Of a stretch of 64,000 bases of DNA, positions 23,233 through 36,643 are shown in pieces; position 1 is the stretch's first letter; each line of letters begins with the position of its first letter. The translations under genes were made by a program, and so were the position numbers. Source of the DNA: Tricharina praecox (Eukaryota); NCBI RefSeq assembly GCF_024521635.1, contig NW_026250410.1:310001-374000 (forward strand), given 5' to 3'. The notes under the pieces are model-generated. The model was given only the letters and a program-made list of their open reading frames with translations, had not been told where the DNA came from and made no database searches.

Positions 23233-25102
23233 ATGATCGATGGATTTGAGCTCGCGCTCGAATTCAATGTCGTCTCCTACACTCTAATCGCCCTTCTCGT
23301 TGGCATCCTCGTGCTTCCCGTCGTGCTCGCGAAGGATCCAGATATCCACCCTTACGCACTCTACCGTCAATCCACGGTCGCTCCGTCCGTACCTTTCGCT
23401 CTTCTTTCTAATTGGAGATTGTTCTAATTGCTTCGTTCAGTGTCCGAAACCCCAAGGAGTCCGCCATCCACCGTTCTCTGCACACTCCTCTCGGCTACCC
23501 TCTCGTCTCGGGTCTTGGACTTCCAAGCGCGCAGAAGTACTCGACGCGTAGCGGTGATATTCGCGACATCTGGAAGCTTGCGATCGAGAAGGGCAATGGG
23601 AAACTGCTGTCGGTCAAAGGTAGCACTATCGAGGAGCATGACATCAGTGAGCCCCCCGCGCTACTCCCCGCTAAATGTCTCAGAACTAACGTCAGGCCCA
23701 AGATGATCTCACGAAGGAAATACACTCACTCGGTTTATACCTGTCGCAAATCGGAGCGAAGAGGGTCGCGGTCCATCTTCCCAATGACACCGAGAATCTT
23801 GTTGCTACTTTTGGTATGTAATGGGATATCCCAGTCTCGTCTGAGCACAGTGTTGACCTGGCATGTCAGCTTGTGCGTTCTACAATATCCCCCTCGTCAT
23901 TCTTCCGTTCGAACCGCAGCCAAAGGATGCCCCGAAAATCAGTGAACTTTTGCAACGCGCCTCGCCGGATGTCTTGATCGCGCAGGGTGGACAACTGCCA
24001 CTTGAGGAGTTTAAGGGAACTGGCCTTAAGCAAGTTATCTTGGTCGTCGAGAAGGCGTCTCAGCATCTTGGGTGGGGCGGACCCATGGGCGAAATCAAAT
24101 GTGTTCAGTACGACGAGGTGGTGGCTAAGGCTGCCGTGCCCATTGATGACCTTAAGCTCGATCTCGACGCGCCTGCGGTTATCATCTTTGGTCCCAAGAT
24201 TGCCGGAAAGATTGATATGGTTGAGTTCAGCCACAGGGTAAGTTCGATGTCCATTCTAGACATGACACCAACGCTGATATGGTTGCTAGAATATCATTGC
24301 CGGCGTCGCGTCCCAATCCGTTGTCCTCCCTAAGGCAGAGAAGTATTCGCCAGAAGACGTTTTCCTTCCCGTCGACACGCTTTCGGACCTGTACACTCGC
24401 ATTCACACCTATGTCGCCTTGTCTTCTGGATCCTTGGTGGCTCTAAACCCTATCGGTGGAAAGCACGCAAACGTCGAACTAGCATGCAAGGCCGTCAAGC
24501 CCACCATTATCTGCGTCTCACCAGAGGCTCTATTGGCCATCCAACGCAAAACTCGAGGCACCATGATGGAGATGTGGCACAACTTGATTCACTGGTTCCA
24601 ACTACGCACGCTAAAAGACCAAGGCCGGATCCCCCAGGGTACCTTTTTCACCAGGCTCAATGACTACGAGCGTCCTCAAGTGGGCGGAAACCTTCGCCTG
24701 GTCTTTGTTGCCGAGGGCGGAGGCGATGTTGCATCACAAGCACTCAATTCCATGGATCTTTCCGATCTTCGGGTGTTCTTCAAATCGAAGGTTGTGTACG
24801 GTCTCAAGCACCACAGGGTAGCTGGCCCCGTGGCACAGTGCAACGTCTACGACTACCGCGTTCAATATCCCCTACGGTTGCCCAACAGGAGCAAACAAAT
24901 CGAGAGATTCTGCGCGCATTTTGGACCCGTCACGCCCGGACTCGAGATCAAGCTGAAGGATGCCCAAGGCTACACGGCTGACGGCCCCGAAGGCCCCAAG
25001 GGAGAGGTGATTGTGTCCGGGCTGCCCGTGGCTGGTGCGAGGGAAGCAGCTTTGGGCTTTGTTGGTAAATGGGAGCCGGAAGGTGTGTTGAGTTATGCAT
25101 AG
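23233..25102 (+). CDS. Acyl-CoA-synthetase/AMP-binding-fold protein with N-terminal membrane anchor and degenerate P-loop, 5 exons
   Basis: N-terminal TM, PDIHPYAL..QS..APVR.PKESAIHRS, RVAVHLPNDTENL, VEFSHRNIIAGV, NLRLVFV, HFGPV..GLEIKL, GEVIVSG. Four GT-AG introns (about 23385-23440, 23648-23702, 23814-23869, 24238-24289). Confidence 0.7.
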
Positions 25103-26962
25103 GCGGTTAGCTTGTTTGTTTGTTTGAGGATCGACATTTCATTAACGAATTCGTGGTAGCCAGTATATCCTAGTGGCTACATTTTTTGTGTTAGACAGAT
25201 GTCATCTTTCTTTTTACGTTCTCGATAAGTGGCTCGATGCTGGGTACTACATGCCAAAATGACTGCACGGATAAATACTTGAAGTTTGCCTCCCAGGCTT
25301 TGATCGTGAGCTGTTATAAACAATTCATGTACCTGCCTAAATCCTGGATTCAGGGCCAAGGGCTCAGGGCTGCCGTGAATCTGCCCATGCATTCGATCAG
25401 TCATTCGCAGCTGTCTGAGCTGCTGACTGGACCTCTAAGCGCTGGAGCATTTATCATCTGCGTGAGCAGGCATTCGGCTCCAAGCTCCAAGCTCAGCAGA
25501 AGAAGCAGTAGCAGCTCCCTCTTACTCTATGTTTGTGTCCCAAGTACCAAGTCGAAATCCCCTGCTGGGAAACGCAGAGGTCACGGTAGCCATCATTCGG
25601 GTAGGTACTCACTCTATTATCCAGAAGCTTTCTGCAGGTGACATGTGTGAAGCACTCTACGGATCCCATGGTCTGGATGTAGAATAAAATCAAAATCACG
25701 GCCATGGCAGAAGAAAGCATCATATCCCATTCAGGTATCCCGCTCCCAGCGTCGGTTCCGAGTAAAACAAATCTTTAATCTCAGCTCCGGCCATACGGGC
25801 AGTGGCTGGCTGACCAAATGAATGGATTAACCTGAGTGCCTATTCAACCCTCCAAGCTATCCTAACCAAGCCGCTCCCAGCCTCAAACACGCGGTCAAAA
25901 AACACAAATCGAGCTCCTGACCGCTTTTCCACTTTCCCCGCCTCATCACGATTGACACCCCGCTTTTCGTCGCGTTCCGACCTATCTAGGCCGTTGTGGA
26001 CGAGAGCTGATTGTTTGGCCGCTTTCCCCACCCAATTGTTGCGGCTCTCTCCGTTGATAGCGTTTCTGGTTCTGGGACTCGCTCTCTCTCTTAGCTGCCT
26101 TTACCACGTCGATAAGTAGGGTGCGTTGGACGCTTTCAACTACTCTCCTCGACAAACCCCCCCTCCTAAAGAAAACCCACCTTACTCGTCTTCCCTCTGT
26201 CTTACCGATCCCCGATTCTCCTGGCCCTTTACCGCTTTGTCTAGAGATTTCATTCGCTCCCCGAAACGGCACACCCGCCCGCCCGAACTGCAATCTTGCT
26301 CACAAACGCGGACGCCCCAACCTGTCGAGACTATCCACTATCTCCTAAGCTTCGCTTTTGACTTCGATCAAAGCCCCAGAACAAAGTTGGAACACCAGGC
26401 TGGCCTTTGAACGGGCCTGGAACTTACAAAGTGCTCCATCTAGCTACTCACTTTAGCTCTCTACTCGCGACCGCTGTCCCCGGTCAAAGCTCGTGCAAAC
26501 TCCCCAAGTCCTCACGCCTCAAGCAACCCCGACCGACCTTTACGTCTGGCTTCTTCCCGACTTTTTAGATCACACGGTTCTAGCGGTCGTCATAGCTGTG
26601 CTCCCACCTCTCGACTAAACACGGTCTAGAGGTGAGCGAGGTTCAAAAGCAGTAGCGTTGCCGACATCCCGCCACAGGCCGCCCTCCCCTCCCCCAAACA
26701 TCGTCCTGGCAACCAGACGACCTCACGCCGACATCTCGTCCTCCAGTGAAAACGAGATTGAATCTCCGCCGACGCCACCTTTGCTGCTACACAGATCCCG
26801 AGGCTCCTCCGCGAACCCCACCATCGCCACCCCATCCCAATCCTCCTCAGAATCTCCGGGAAACAACAGGTATAAACGCAGACGGACCTCCGCTTATAGT
26901 GCAGGAGGACCATCTCCCGCCACGCCAGCTTTCGCAACGCCTAATCCCACTTCCTCCTCCAA

Positions 26963-29137
26963 CATGAGACTTGAGAACAATGGAGTAACTTCCAACTCTC
27001 AGTCGTCAAATGCGCCCGGAGTTGCCAGTAACAATGGACTCGTCGGCAGCAATGGAGCACTCAAGCCGGCTGCATCGGAGATCCACAGCAATGGCTCTGC
27101 TGTGAGGAATGGGATGGCGGGAAAGCTGGACAGCGCGGGGATGGCGTGTAGGGCGGCTCCGATGCGGAGCGACTACTTTGGACACGACCGGGAGGAGGTC
27201 ACCAGAATTTTGATTCAGGCGTTGGGGGATCTAGGCTACGCTAAGGCAGCGATCACGCTAGAAGACGAGAGCGAGTACACGCTGGAAAGTCCGTACGTAT
27301 CGAGCTTCCGCCATGCTGTGCTCAAAGGAGACTGGAACAACGCGGAAAAGCTGCTGGAAGGGATGGAGATCCACCAGGATGCTGACACCAATGTGAGCTT
27401 CACGCGTTAGACGGGTGGGACGGACGAAACAATACCAGATAGCTAATCTTTTGCGAAGGCCCTACTGTTCTACCTTCGACAGCAAAAGTTTCTGGAGCTC
27501 TTGGAGATGAGAGATGTCTCGAATGCGTTATATGTATTACGCACCGAACTCACACCACTCGGCCACAGTAGCGAGAGGGTGCACTTCCTGTCGAGGTACG
27601 AGTCTCCGGTGGCTGGTTCGCGTCTTGTATCGGTGGGCTGACAGTGAAAACCTTCAGTTTAATGATGTGCTTAACAGCCGACGATGTCAAACAACAAGCG
27701 AACTGGGACGGTGCTCTTGGGATATCACGTCAACACCTCTTATCCGAACTGTCAAGTCCGTCGATCTACTGCTGCACCAAAGGGTCGCTTGTATAACTGG
27801 TTTCTAACGATCGTGCAGAGTTTATATCGCCGGCAATAATGATTCCTGAACACCGATTGGCATCATTATTGCAGCAGGTCAAGAAAACGCAGATAGCAAA
27901 CTGCTTGTACCACAACACGTCGAACCCGCCGTCGCTATACTCAGATCACACCTGCGACCGGAATCAATTTCCGTTACTGACGATACAAACACTTTCCGAT
28001 CACACGGACGAAGTTTACTGTGTCAAATTTTCGCATGATGGAACAAAAATGGCTTCGGCAAGCAAAGATAAGACTATCATCATCTGGGACGTCAAGGTAT
28101 GAATAGTCAGTTGAAAAGGGTGTTGCTGGGATGGTTCTGACCGGTCTGCAGAGCTTTATGCCGCTGTGCGTTTTGGAGGGACACACCAAGGACGTGACAT
28201 ACGTAGAATGGTCGCCAGCCGACACTCGACTGGTCAGTTGTTCTCGAGACAAGACTGCAAGGCTGTGGGACATAACGGTATGATATTGAACTCTGATTAA
28301 AATCCCCGAAATGCGGAACATGTGTTGATCAGTGGTCTGGTGTTTAGGAAGGAATCTGCATCAAAACCATGTCGGAATTCACAGAACCCGTCTCTTCGGT
28401 AACATGGGCGCCTGATGGCCAAACATTCATCACGGGGGGCATGGACGAGTACATGATCTCATGGGATGCCCAAGGAGAGAGACTCTACCGAGCATCCGCG
28501 CCACGAACCTACGACCTTGAGATCACCGCCGATGGTTCGAAGATTGTTACAGTGTGTATCAATGACCAGCTACACGTGTACGACTTCCACAATTGGAAGA
28601 ATCAGCGTAGCTACAGTTTAGGGAGTCGGCTCACTGGGCTCGAGACGACAAAGGACTCACGATATGCCATTGTGAATACGGCCGCACGAGAGGTCATACT
28701 GGTGGATCTGGAGAATGGCAGGGTGATACAGAGATATAGCGGACAGGTGCAGGATCAATGGGTCATTCGAGGCTGTCTAGGCGGCGCCAATGAGAATTTT
28801 GTGCTCTCGGGCAGCGAAGGTTAGTTTGATCGAATGCCCGTCGTATGAGGATCGGTACTGATGCGGACAGACTCCAATATCTACGTGTGGCATAAGCAGA
28901 ACGGCCAGCTGGTGGAGAAGTTGGCGGGTCACACTGGCACAGTCAACTGTGTTGCATGGAATCCGTCCAATGCCCAGATGTTTGCCTCCGCGGGAGATGA
29001 CCGGACGATACGGATGTAAGATTTGCCGTCTTATCTCCGAGTTGTCCCTTTTACTGACGAGCCAATCTAGATGGTCACGAGCAGCACGACCACAGACCAA
29101 AGGAAAGATGAAGAATATTATCGACACGTGGGCGTAG
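26963..29137 (+). CDS. GID7: LisH/CTLH + WD40 protein, GID complex subunit GID7/WDR26, 8 exons (true start may be upstream and non-AUG)
   Basis: YFGHDREEVTRILIQAL.DLGY..AA..LE.ES, FRHAVLKGDW, QQKFLELLE, MIPEHRLASLL, CLYHN, SLYSDH.C, multiple WD repeats, FVLSGSED, GHTGTVNCVAWNP. Seven canonical introns join the ORF fragments. Confidence 0.9.
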
Positions 29138-30234
29138 TGAACTACTCGCCATGTCGGACTATCGCCTTCACCGTACATAGTCTCGTTTCCATCCTGCATT
29201 TGCCGTTGGTTTTTTCCTTTCCTTAAATGCTTCTAATTCTCTGGAGAGAGAAAGGGGTTTGGGCTTCACTGGGAAGGTGGTTTTTTTGCTTGTGTTTTTA
29301 TTTACTTTTGTTTCCTTTTACCTCTACTTTTCGATTGTTCTTGGACTAGTTATTTGTTGAGACGGAGTGCAGAGGGAATCGGGTTTGAGCTTTTGTTTTC
29401 GCTTGCTTACTTCTTACTGCGGCAGACAATTCTAACCATCTCGTGGGTTTTTTCATACTATTTTTCCGTTCTCTTCTCATTGGTACTGCTTACTTCTCGC
29501 AAGTGGTTTACGTGTGCGTAGATTTCATTTTCTTCGTCTCAATATGGGATTACTAGCCGGAGAGGCAGTGGATGGAGGGAAATCGGATAGGTAGCATATA
29601 ATTTACGGCGATTGTCCGTCAGTTCATGAGCTCTCACCCACGCATGGCGACATGGCGGCATGGGCCCCATAATTTATGCTATCTATCTGCACCTTTATGT
29701 CATTACCCGGAAACCTCCGGCCAGTTGCGGGGCAGAAACCTTTGTACTCTACATGGAGTACGGTAGATAGAACACTTTACTTCCGAGCAAAGGTCTAAAA
29801 TGCCCTCACATACACTAGAAAGATGGAACGCATGATATCTACCCTCGGTGATGCCAAATGGCCTCGTCAGTGCCATACCCACCTCACCACCAACTGTATC
29901 TAACGCGTCAACGCAAAACGGCAATAGTCATAAATGTTATTGGCTCGCCATGAGTGCACTCATTTACTTTGCTATTGGAATTGATTGACTCACCACTGAA
30001 TACTAGCTTAAAAGTCAATAAGTTATTTATCGATAGACTACATAAAAAAGGAAATAGAAAAAGCGCTTACTTTTGATCTCTTTCTTTCTGTCGAGCCCTT
30101 GCTGCAGGGCTGGCTGACCGTGCATGCTTGCCTTTTATGAGATGTCCTAGCTTACATATAAAACGCTCTCTTCCCCCCACTACTCCACCTCGTCTATCGT
30201 CACTAGGTACTGGAACACAAGCACATTACAAACC

Positions 30235-32729
30235 ATGGGACATCTTGTTACTGTCGCCACATGGTATATATACTTTTCCATGTTATGTTATGTATGTGTG
30301 TAGGGCGCTGATGAACAAACGGGTAGTTCGTTGAACCAATGGGCCCTCGACTTCGAAGGAAATGCAGACCGTATCATCGAGAGCATTCGTATCGCGAAGC
30401 AGCGGGGCGCGAAACTGAGAGTGGGGCCTGAGCTGGAGATCACGTATGCCCCGCCCCTCTCGAGCTGATATTACGTGGGGAGCATCGGTGGGCTGATGAA
30501 GGATGCGGGCAGAGGTTATGGATGCCTTGACCACTTTCTTGAGGGTTCGTGAGTCAGAGAGGGGAAGGCGGGAAGTGGGAGAGGAAAATGTGCTGATGGT
30601 GGATACTGCACAGGTGATACTTACCTCCACTCGTGGGAGATGCTCGGGCGTATCCTGACGCATGAGGACTGTCAGGACATTCTGCTGGACATCGGGATGT
30701 ACGCACTGCTTCCCCACCCCTCGTCAATCTCCCGCGTCTCATTGGAATAGGCCAGTCCGCCACAAAGGCGTCCGCTACAATAGCCGTATAATCGCTCTGA
30801 ACAAGCGGATCCTCTTGATCCGGCCCAAACTCTTCCTCGCCAACGACGGCAACTACCGGGAGATGCGCTACTTCACACCGTGGAACCGTCCGCGCTACGT
30901 CGAGCAGTTTCAAGAGTTCAACCTCCCGCCCGTGATGGCCGAGATCATTGGCGACTCTCTGCCGCCGATTGGAGACGCGGCGATTAGCGCGCTTGATACA
31001 TGTATCGCGGCCGAAACCTGCGAAGAGCTGTTCACACCTCGTGCTCCGCATGTGGAGATGGCGCTGGACGGGATTGAGATCCTGACGAATTCCTCGGGCA
31101 GTCATCATGAGCTCAGGAAGCTTAACAAGCGGATCCAGCTGATGACCAATGCTACCGGCATTTGTGGCGGTGTCTACCTGTATGCCAACCAGCAGGGCTG
31201 CGATGGCGATAGGTTGTACTATGACGGCTGTGCGATGATCGGCGTGAACGGGAAGATCGTGGCCCAGGGATCGCAGTTTTCGCTGCAGGATGTGGAGGTT
31301 GTCACTGCGACTGTGGATCTAGAGGAGGTGAGGAGTTATCGCTACCAGCCTTCTAGGGGAATGCAAGCGATAGACACGAAGCCGTATCCCCGTGTCAAGG
31401 CGGAGATAAAGCTGGGTAAGGATGGGGAGAATGAGGATCTTGCTATCGGTCCCACGCCGGAGATCGAGGTGAGGTACCACAAGCCCGAGGAGGAGATAGC
31501 ACTCGGCCCTGCGTGCTGGCTGTGGGACTACCTGCGGCGCTGCGGGGGTGTATCTGGGTACTTCCTTCCTCTCAGCGGCGGAATCGACAGCTGCGCTACA
31601 GCGACAATAGTCTATTCTATGTGCCGTCTTGTCGTAGCGGACTGCGCAGCCGGCGACGAAACTGTTCTCAGCGATGTCCGCCGGATCTGTGGTGAAGCAC
31701 CAGACTCCACTTGGGTCCCCGCCACGCCGCAAGAGCTCGCCGGGCGGATCTTCCACACCTCCTTCATGGGCACCGAAAACAGCAGCGCCGAGACACGGGC
31801 CCGCGCAAAGGACCTTGCGGAAGTAATCGGCGCCTACCATGTAGACCTGAACATGGACTCGGTGGTCAGTGCGGTCCGCAGCCTGTTCAGCTTCGTCACC
31901 GGCAAGACCCCAGTGTTCCGGGTTCACGGCGGCTCAAAAACCGAGAACCTCGCGCTCCAGAATATCCAAGCACGCCTGCGAATGGTCCTTGCATACATGT
32001 TTGCGCAGCTGCTCCCCTGGGTCCGCGGGAACGCCGGCGGCCTGCTGGTCCTGGGTTCCGCAAACGTCGACGAGTCACTGCGCGGGTACCTGACCAAATA
32101 CGACTGCTCCTCGGCGGACATCAACCCAATCGGCGGCATCTCCAAGACGGACCTAAAATCGTTCATCGCGTACGCGCGCGACGAGTTCCAGCTGCCGATC
32201 CTGCACGACTTCATCACCGCGGTGCCGACGGCCGAGCTCGAGCCCATCACGCAGAACTACGTGCAGAGCGACGAGGCCGATATGGGCTTCACGTACGACG
32301 AGCTCTCGATCTTCGGCAAGCTCCGGAAGAACCACAAACTGGGACCGTGGGGCGCGTTCGAAAAGTTGCTGCACGAGTGGAGCGGGAAAATGAGCCCCCG
32401 ACAGATCGCGGATAAGACGAGGAACTTCTTTTGGTTCTATGCTATCAATAGACACAAGATGACGACTATCACCCCCGCGTACCATGCTGAGGCGTACTCG
32501 CCGGACGATAATAGGTACGCTCGTTCACATATATACCACCTCTCTTGCGCGGCCGATGCTAATACTAACAACGTCGGACAGGTTCGATCTGCGACCGTTC
32601 TTGTACCCCGCGTTCAGCTGGCCGTACAAGAAGATCGAGGCAGCTGTGGCGCGGATGGCGGCGGCGGCGGAGATTGCAGAGAGTGCGGAGGGCAAAGGGA
32701 AGACGGACGACGGTAAAAAGGATGTATAG
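30235..32729 (+). CDS. QNS1: Glutamine-dependent NAD+ synthetase, 6 exons
   Basis: [102 protein letters not shown]. Confidence 0.96.
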
Positions 32730-33860
32730 CATTTGGGTCATGAGATGTCATTCATAGAAGCGAGTGATAGTTAAGTACTAAGTCATCGTACATACCACAC
32801 GACCATCAACACGCGGCCATCGTGCAGAGCGACCGATCAGAGTAAAACTTACAGTGACACGTTTCCACTGAGATAGTTACCATCTGCTGGTGTTTCAACT
32901 TTCGGGGCTATAAGTAACTGGGGATATCTGTGCGCGCATCTGGCATGCATCTCCCCATTGCATCCCCGCCGCACCTGCGGCACCAACGCCCTGCTTGAAT
33001 TTCAGACACGCTTTAGCATTCAAAAACCCGTATACAGGTACCTAGGCGGTCTTGAACTCTTGAGAAGTCATCTCCCGTCCTTGGTTACCGGTATAGTAGT
33101 GGTAGCCCCCCACCTCCACCCCCGTTCATCTACCATTTTCCCAGTGATTTTCCGCGGATGTACAATACACACAGTAGGTAGCAAAATGTGGAGTGCGATT
33201 AATGCCGAAGGTCTCCAGTAGTACTAACGCTGGGGTTTAAATCCAGCAGGCTTGGAGAATACGGATCTAATTTTGTATTTGATTTTTTTTTCTTGGTCAA
33301 TTCTACGGTATCGAAATTTCGAAAGAGCATACGCAGTGTTGGATGATACGCACACTAGAAAGCTGGAAAGACTACTGCGGTTCTTCTGAATACCAAATGT
33401 TACGCACTTTTCGGAATACTGGAGACCTACCAGACCAGACAACTACCAGACACCTACCGTATACGGTATTCGCACAACAACGTAGTGCGGAGAAAACGCT
33501 GTCATGCTAATCACGTAGTTCCCAGACTGTATGATAGTAAACGTACCCCGACAATCGTCCTACGGAGGAAATGCCGTGCTGAGCTGAGCAGACTTCACCG
33601 TCCACTGACTCCGGTGTGGATACGGTATGCATAGAAATCCTGTAGTTTCACGAATACGTGCTGTGAGTAAGCGAGTAAGAGAGTAAGACGTGCTGTACGC
33701 AATGTTCAAGCAAACATTTGCGAAATTGTGTAATGCAGGAAGTACCGTAGGCCTATGGAATAAATACTGTATCTGTAAAGGAAACTACATACCTATGATA
33801 CGAATTGAGTTGGCCACAGTACTCTAGAGCTGCCGAGTGACAGTCCCTGCGGAATTGAGC

Positions 33861-33950
33861 CCATATCAATCCATATCCACCCATATCAATCCATCTCAAT
33901 CTATCTCCTCCCATATCCACCCATATCGATCCATATTAATCCATATCCAC
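33861..33950. repeat. Imperfect 10-bp tandem repeat (CCATATCAAT/CCATATCCAC) x ~9
   Basis: Visible degenerate array in intergenic DNA. Confidence 0.85.
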
Positions 33951-34317
33951 CGAAGGAGACTGCATGAAAAGCCTTTGCAGTGCCTGCACTATGTACCTAC
34001 GTAAACTTTAAAGTGCCTTGTGTGGCGGTGTGAAGGAGGAGCTGTCAGCGAGAGGTGAAAGCGGAGGAGGAATTGTCGGCGAGACGAGGAAATTGCGAGA
34101 GGAGGAGGAGATGTCTGCGAGAGGAGGAGGAGCTATCAGCGACAGGATGAGCTATACATCAGTCACACACCCAAAACGAGTGATTACCCCACAGTATGTC
34201 TACACATTCCGGGCCCCATGGGCTTGGTCCAGACGGACGGACTATCGCGCATCTTATGTAAAAATCCATAGCGCGTATTGTAATCTGTGCCCTATTATCG
34301 TATACCGTACTTTAAGT

Positions 34318-36643
34318 TTATCCGCACCACTGCCACTTCAACCCCGAAAACCCGACGATAGCTCCAAAAGCCTCGTCCCGTCTCCTGCCCATGCGCGTCA
34401 ACTCGACCGTTTCCTCCGTCTCCTCACCCATGCCCATCCCTTCCATCCCATCCACCCCGCCCTCCCCCGCCGGCGTGGGCAAAAACACCAATTTCAAACC
34501 CTCCGCGCCGACCAGCCTACTTCCCGCCCCATCGCTGACCTTCGCGATCTCAACCAGGTCCTTCCACTGTTTCTCCCAGTGGATCTGGCGCTTACCGTGG
34601 CCCTCGAAGCGCACGCCGTCGGGTGCGACAACCAAGTTCCCGCGCTGGCGCTTATGGTGGCACGAGTACATAGCGATGTTTTCCGCACCGTCGAGCGGCG
34701 AGGCGCCGAACGAGTGGGTGCTCCGAAACGATGCCTCGCTGCCGCGATCGCTGTCGCCCTCCTCCCCAACGCCCTCCCCCACGCCCTCGTCTTCCTCGTC
34801 AAGCTTCCGGTAGATGAGCCGCTCCCGGTTCGTTTGCGCCTCCAGCCGCAGCTCAGCAAACGCCCACTCGGCATGCGTTGGCACGCCCCAGAAGGCCCAT
34901 TTCACGGGCGAAACGAGGTATCTATACTTCGGATAGTGGCTCGCGATTGGCCAAGCGCCGAAGAACAGTGCGCCTAAAGCGAAGAACACGAGGCGCACGC
35001 AGAGTTCTCTATCGCCGATAGCGGCGACGAGGAAAACGGAAAAGAAGAAGATCAGTGCGAGCATTGTTGCGCGAGGTGCGTGCCACTCCGTGAAATTATT
35101 GAATACTTCCAGCATGTTGGCCACATCGCTGAGTTGGAGCTGGGCCCAAGGGCCAAGATCCGATTCGAGCGCCGAAAGGACGGCGGAGGGCCCCGAGTGG
35201 CTGAGCATTTGGTTTAGTTTTTGGGCTGCTATGGTGCGGCCCTGCGCCTGGGCTGTGGCTCTGCGGAGGCTGGAAACGGTCGTCGGGATGAAGTAGTTCT
35301 TCAAGGTGCTGAGGATCATGTAGCCCAGCTAGTTTTTCTCTGATAAGTTGCAGGTCGTGATGGGATATGGAAGATACGTACAGCGAAGGAGACGATCTGC
35401 GAGTATTGCCACAGAATGCAGTAGAGGATGGCCCAGCGGGCGGTCTCGTACGGGTCTTTCCATCGATAGACATCGCGTACATGGATCAACCAGTGCTGCC
35501 AAGGTTGCGAGGCAATAAAGATGCGTTCGATGTGGCAGCGGAGACGGTCGACAGTCAGTGGCTCCGGAGGCTGGTTCCAGTCTTCAATGTATTGCGAGGT
35601 AACATCTTGGGTCATGTAGATAAGGTACTGTGATTCATCGTAACGGTTTTATCAGAATCATCGCCAAATCGCACACACACTCGCAGAAAGAAAGAAAACA
35701 AATTCAAAGCAAAAGATTGTTTTTCACTGAACATACGCAGCAGCAGCGGCAACGGGACTGTCGGACTCACCTGACCTAGCCACAAAAGGTAGTCCACCTG
35801 TTCAACGCCCAGCTCGTCCCTAACGACCTCTCCGTCTTTGTCTCTGATCAAGAACTCGCTCTTGTGCGGAAAATCCCTTCTCCGATGCGGCACCACATGG
35901 ACTCTCTTGATATGCCTGCCCATGACCACGCCCATGCGCATATTCCGCATCTGGACCTCGAGATCCTCGATGGACTTGTCAGCCAGTACTGCGCCCTGGA
36001 CATCATCGTAGTGCAGTGCAGATTCCTTGCGCTCATGCGCCTTGACGAAGGCCGAGTGTGCCGAGTGTGGCACGTGCGGAGTATTCAAGTCCGAGACCTG
36101 CTCGGCGATGGTTGAGGTCAATGCCTCCTTTATCGCTGTTCGCGGATGCGTCACGAACGAGGCAAGTTTTGTCTTGCGGCTGCCCTTGTGCGAGGAGGTG
36201 ACCTCGTCGTCGTCATCCTCTGCTTCGTCGTCGCCCGCAGCCTCGTCGGGGTGCCGGCGGGGATGCACATTCCGCTTTATGGCCTCTTTGGTTTTGTTCT
36301 TGAGCCGTGCGAGCTTTTGGGTTGTCATGGGAGGGATCCCGGCCGTAAAGATGTTTTCGTGGTCTCTTGGATCGTCACTCGGGTGGGCCTCCTTCGGTGA
36401 AGTGGGGCCGTTGTCGGCCGCTGTGCATGACAGCGGAGGTGCGAACGACTCGTTAAGGACGGGAAAGGTGGGCGCCGCGACGATCGGTTGTCGCTCGCGA
36501 TTGAGGTTGTCGTAGTGGCTTGGTGCAGCATCGCCGTCTGGCGATGACGAGGCCGGGGGTGTGAGCTGACCCCAGCCTGCTTCTGGGAGGGTGTCATCGG
36601 TTTTGTGGGTCCCCTGTGAGGGTACATCTGGTGGTGCGTTCAT
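34318..36643 (-). CDS. Conserved fungal membrane protein with hydrophobic hairpins and probable C-terminal GRAM/PH-like domain, 3 exons
   Basis: Introns 35770-35628 and 35381-35329 join three ORFs in frame. LRCHIERI...VYRWKDPYETARW, QLSDVANMLE..NNF.EW..PRAT, FF..WPIASHYPKYRYLVSP.KW.FW.VPTHAEW, then a beta-rich tail (RGNLVVAPDGVRF). Family name uncertain. Confidence 0.7.
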
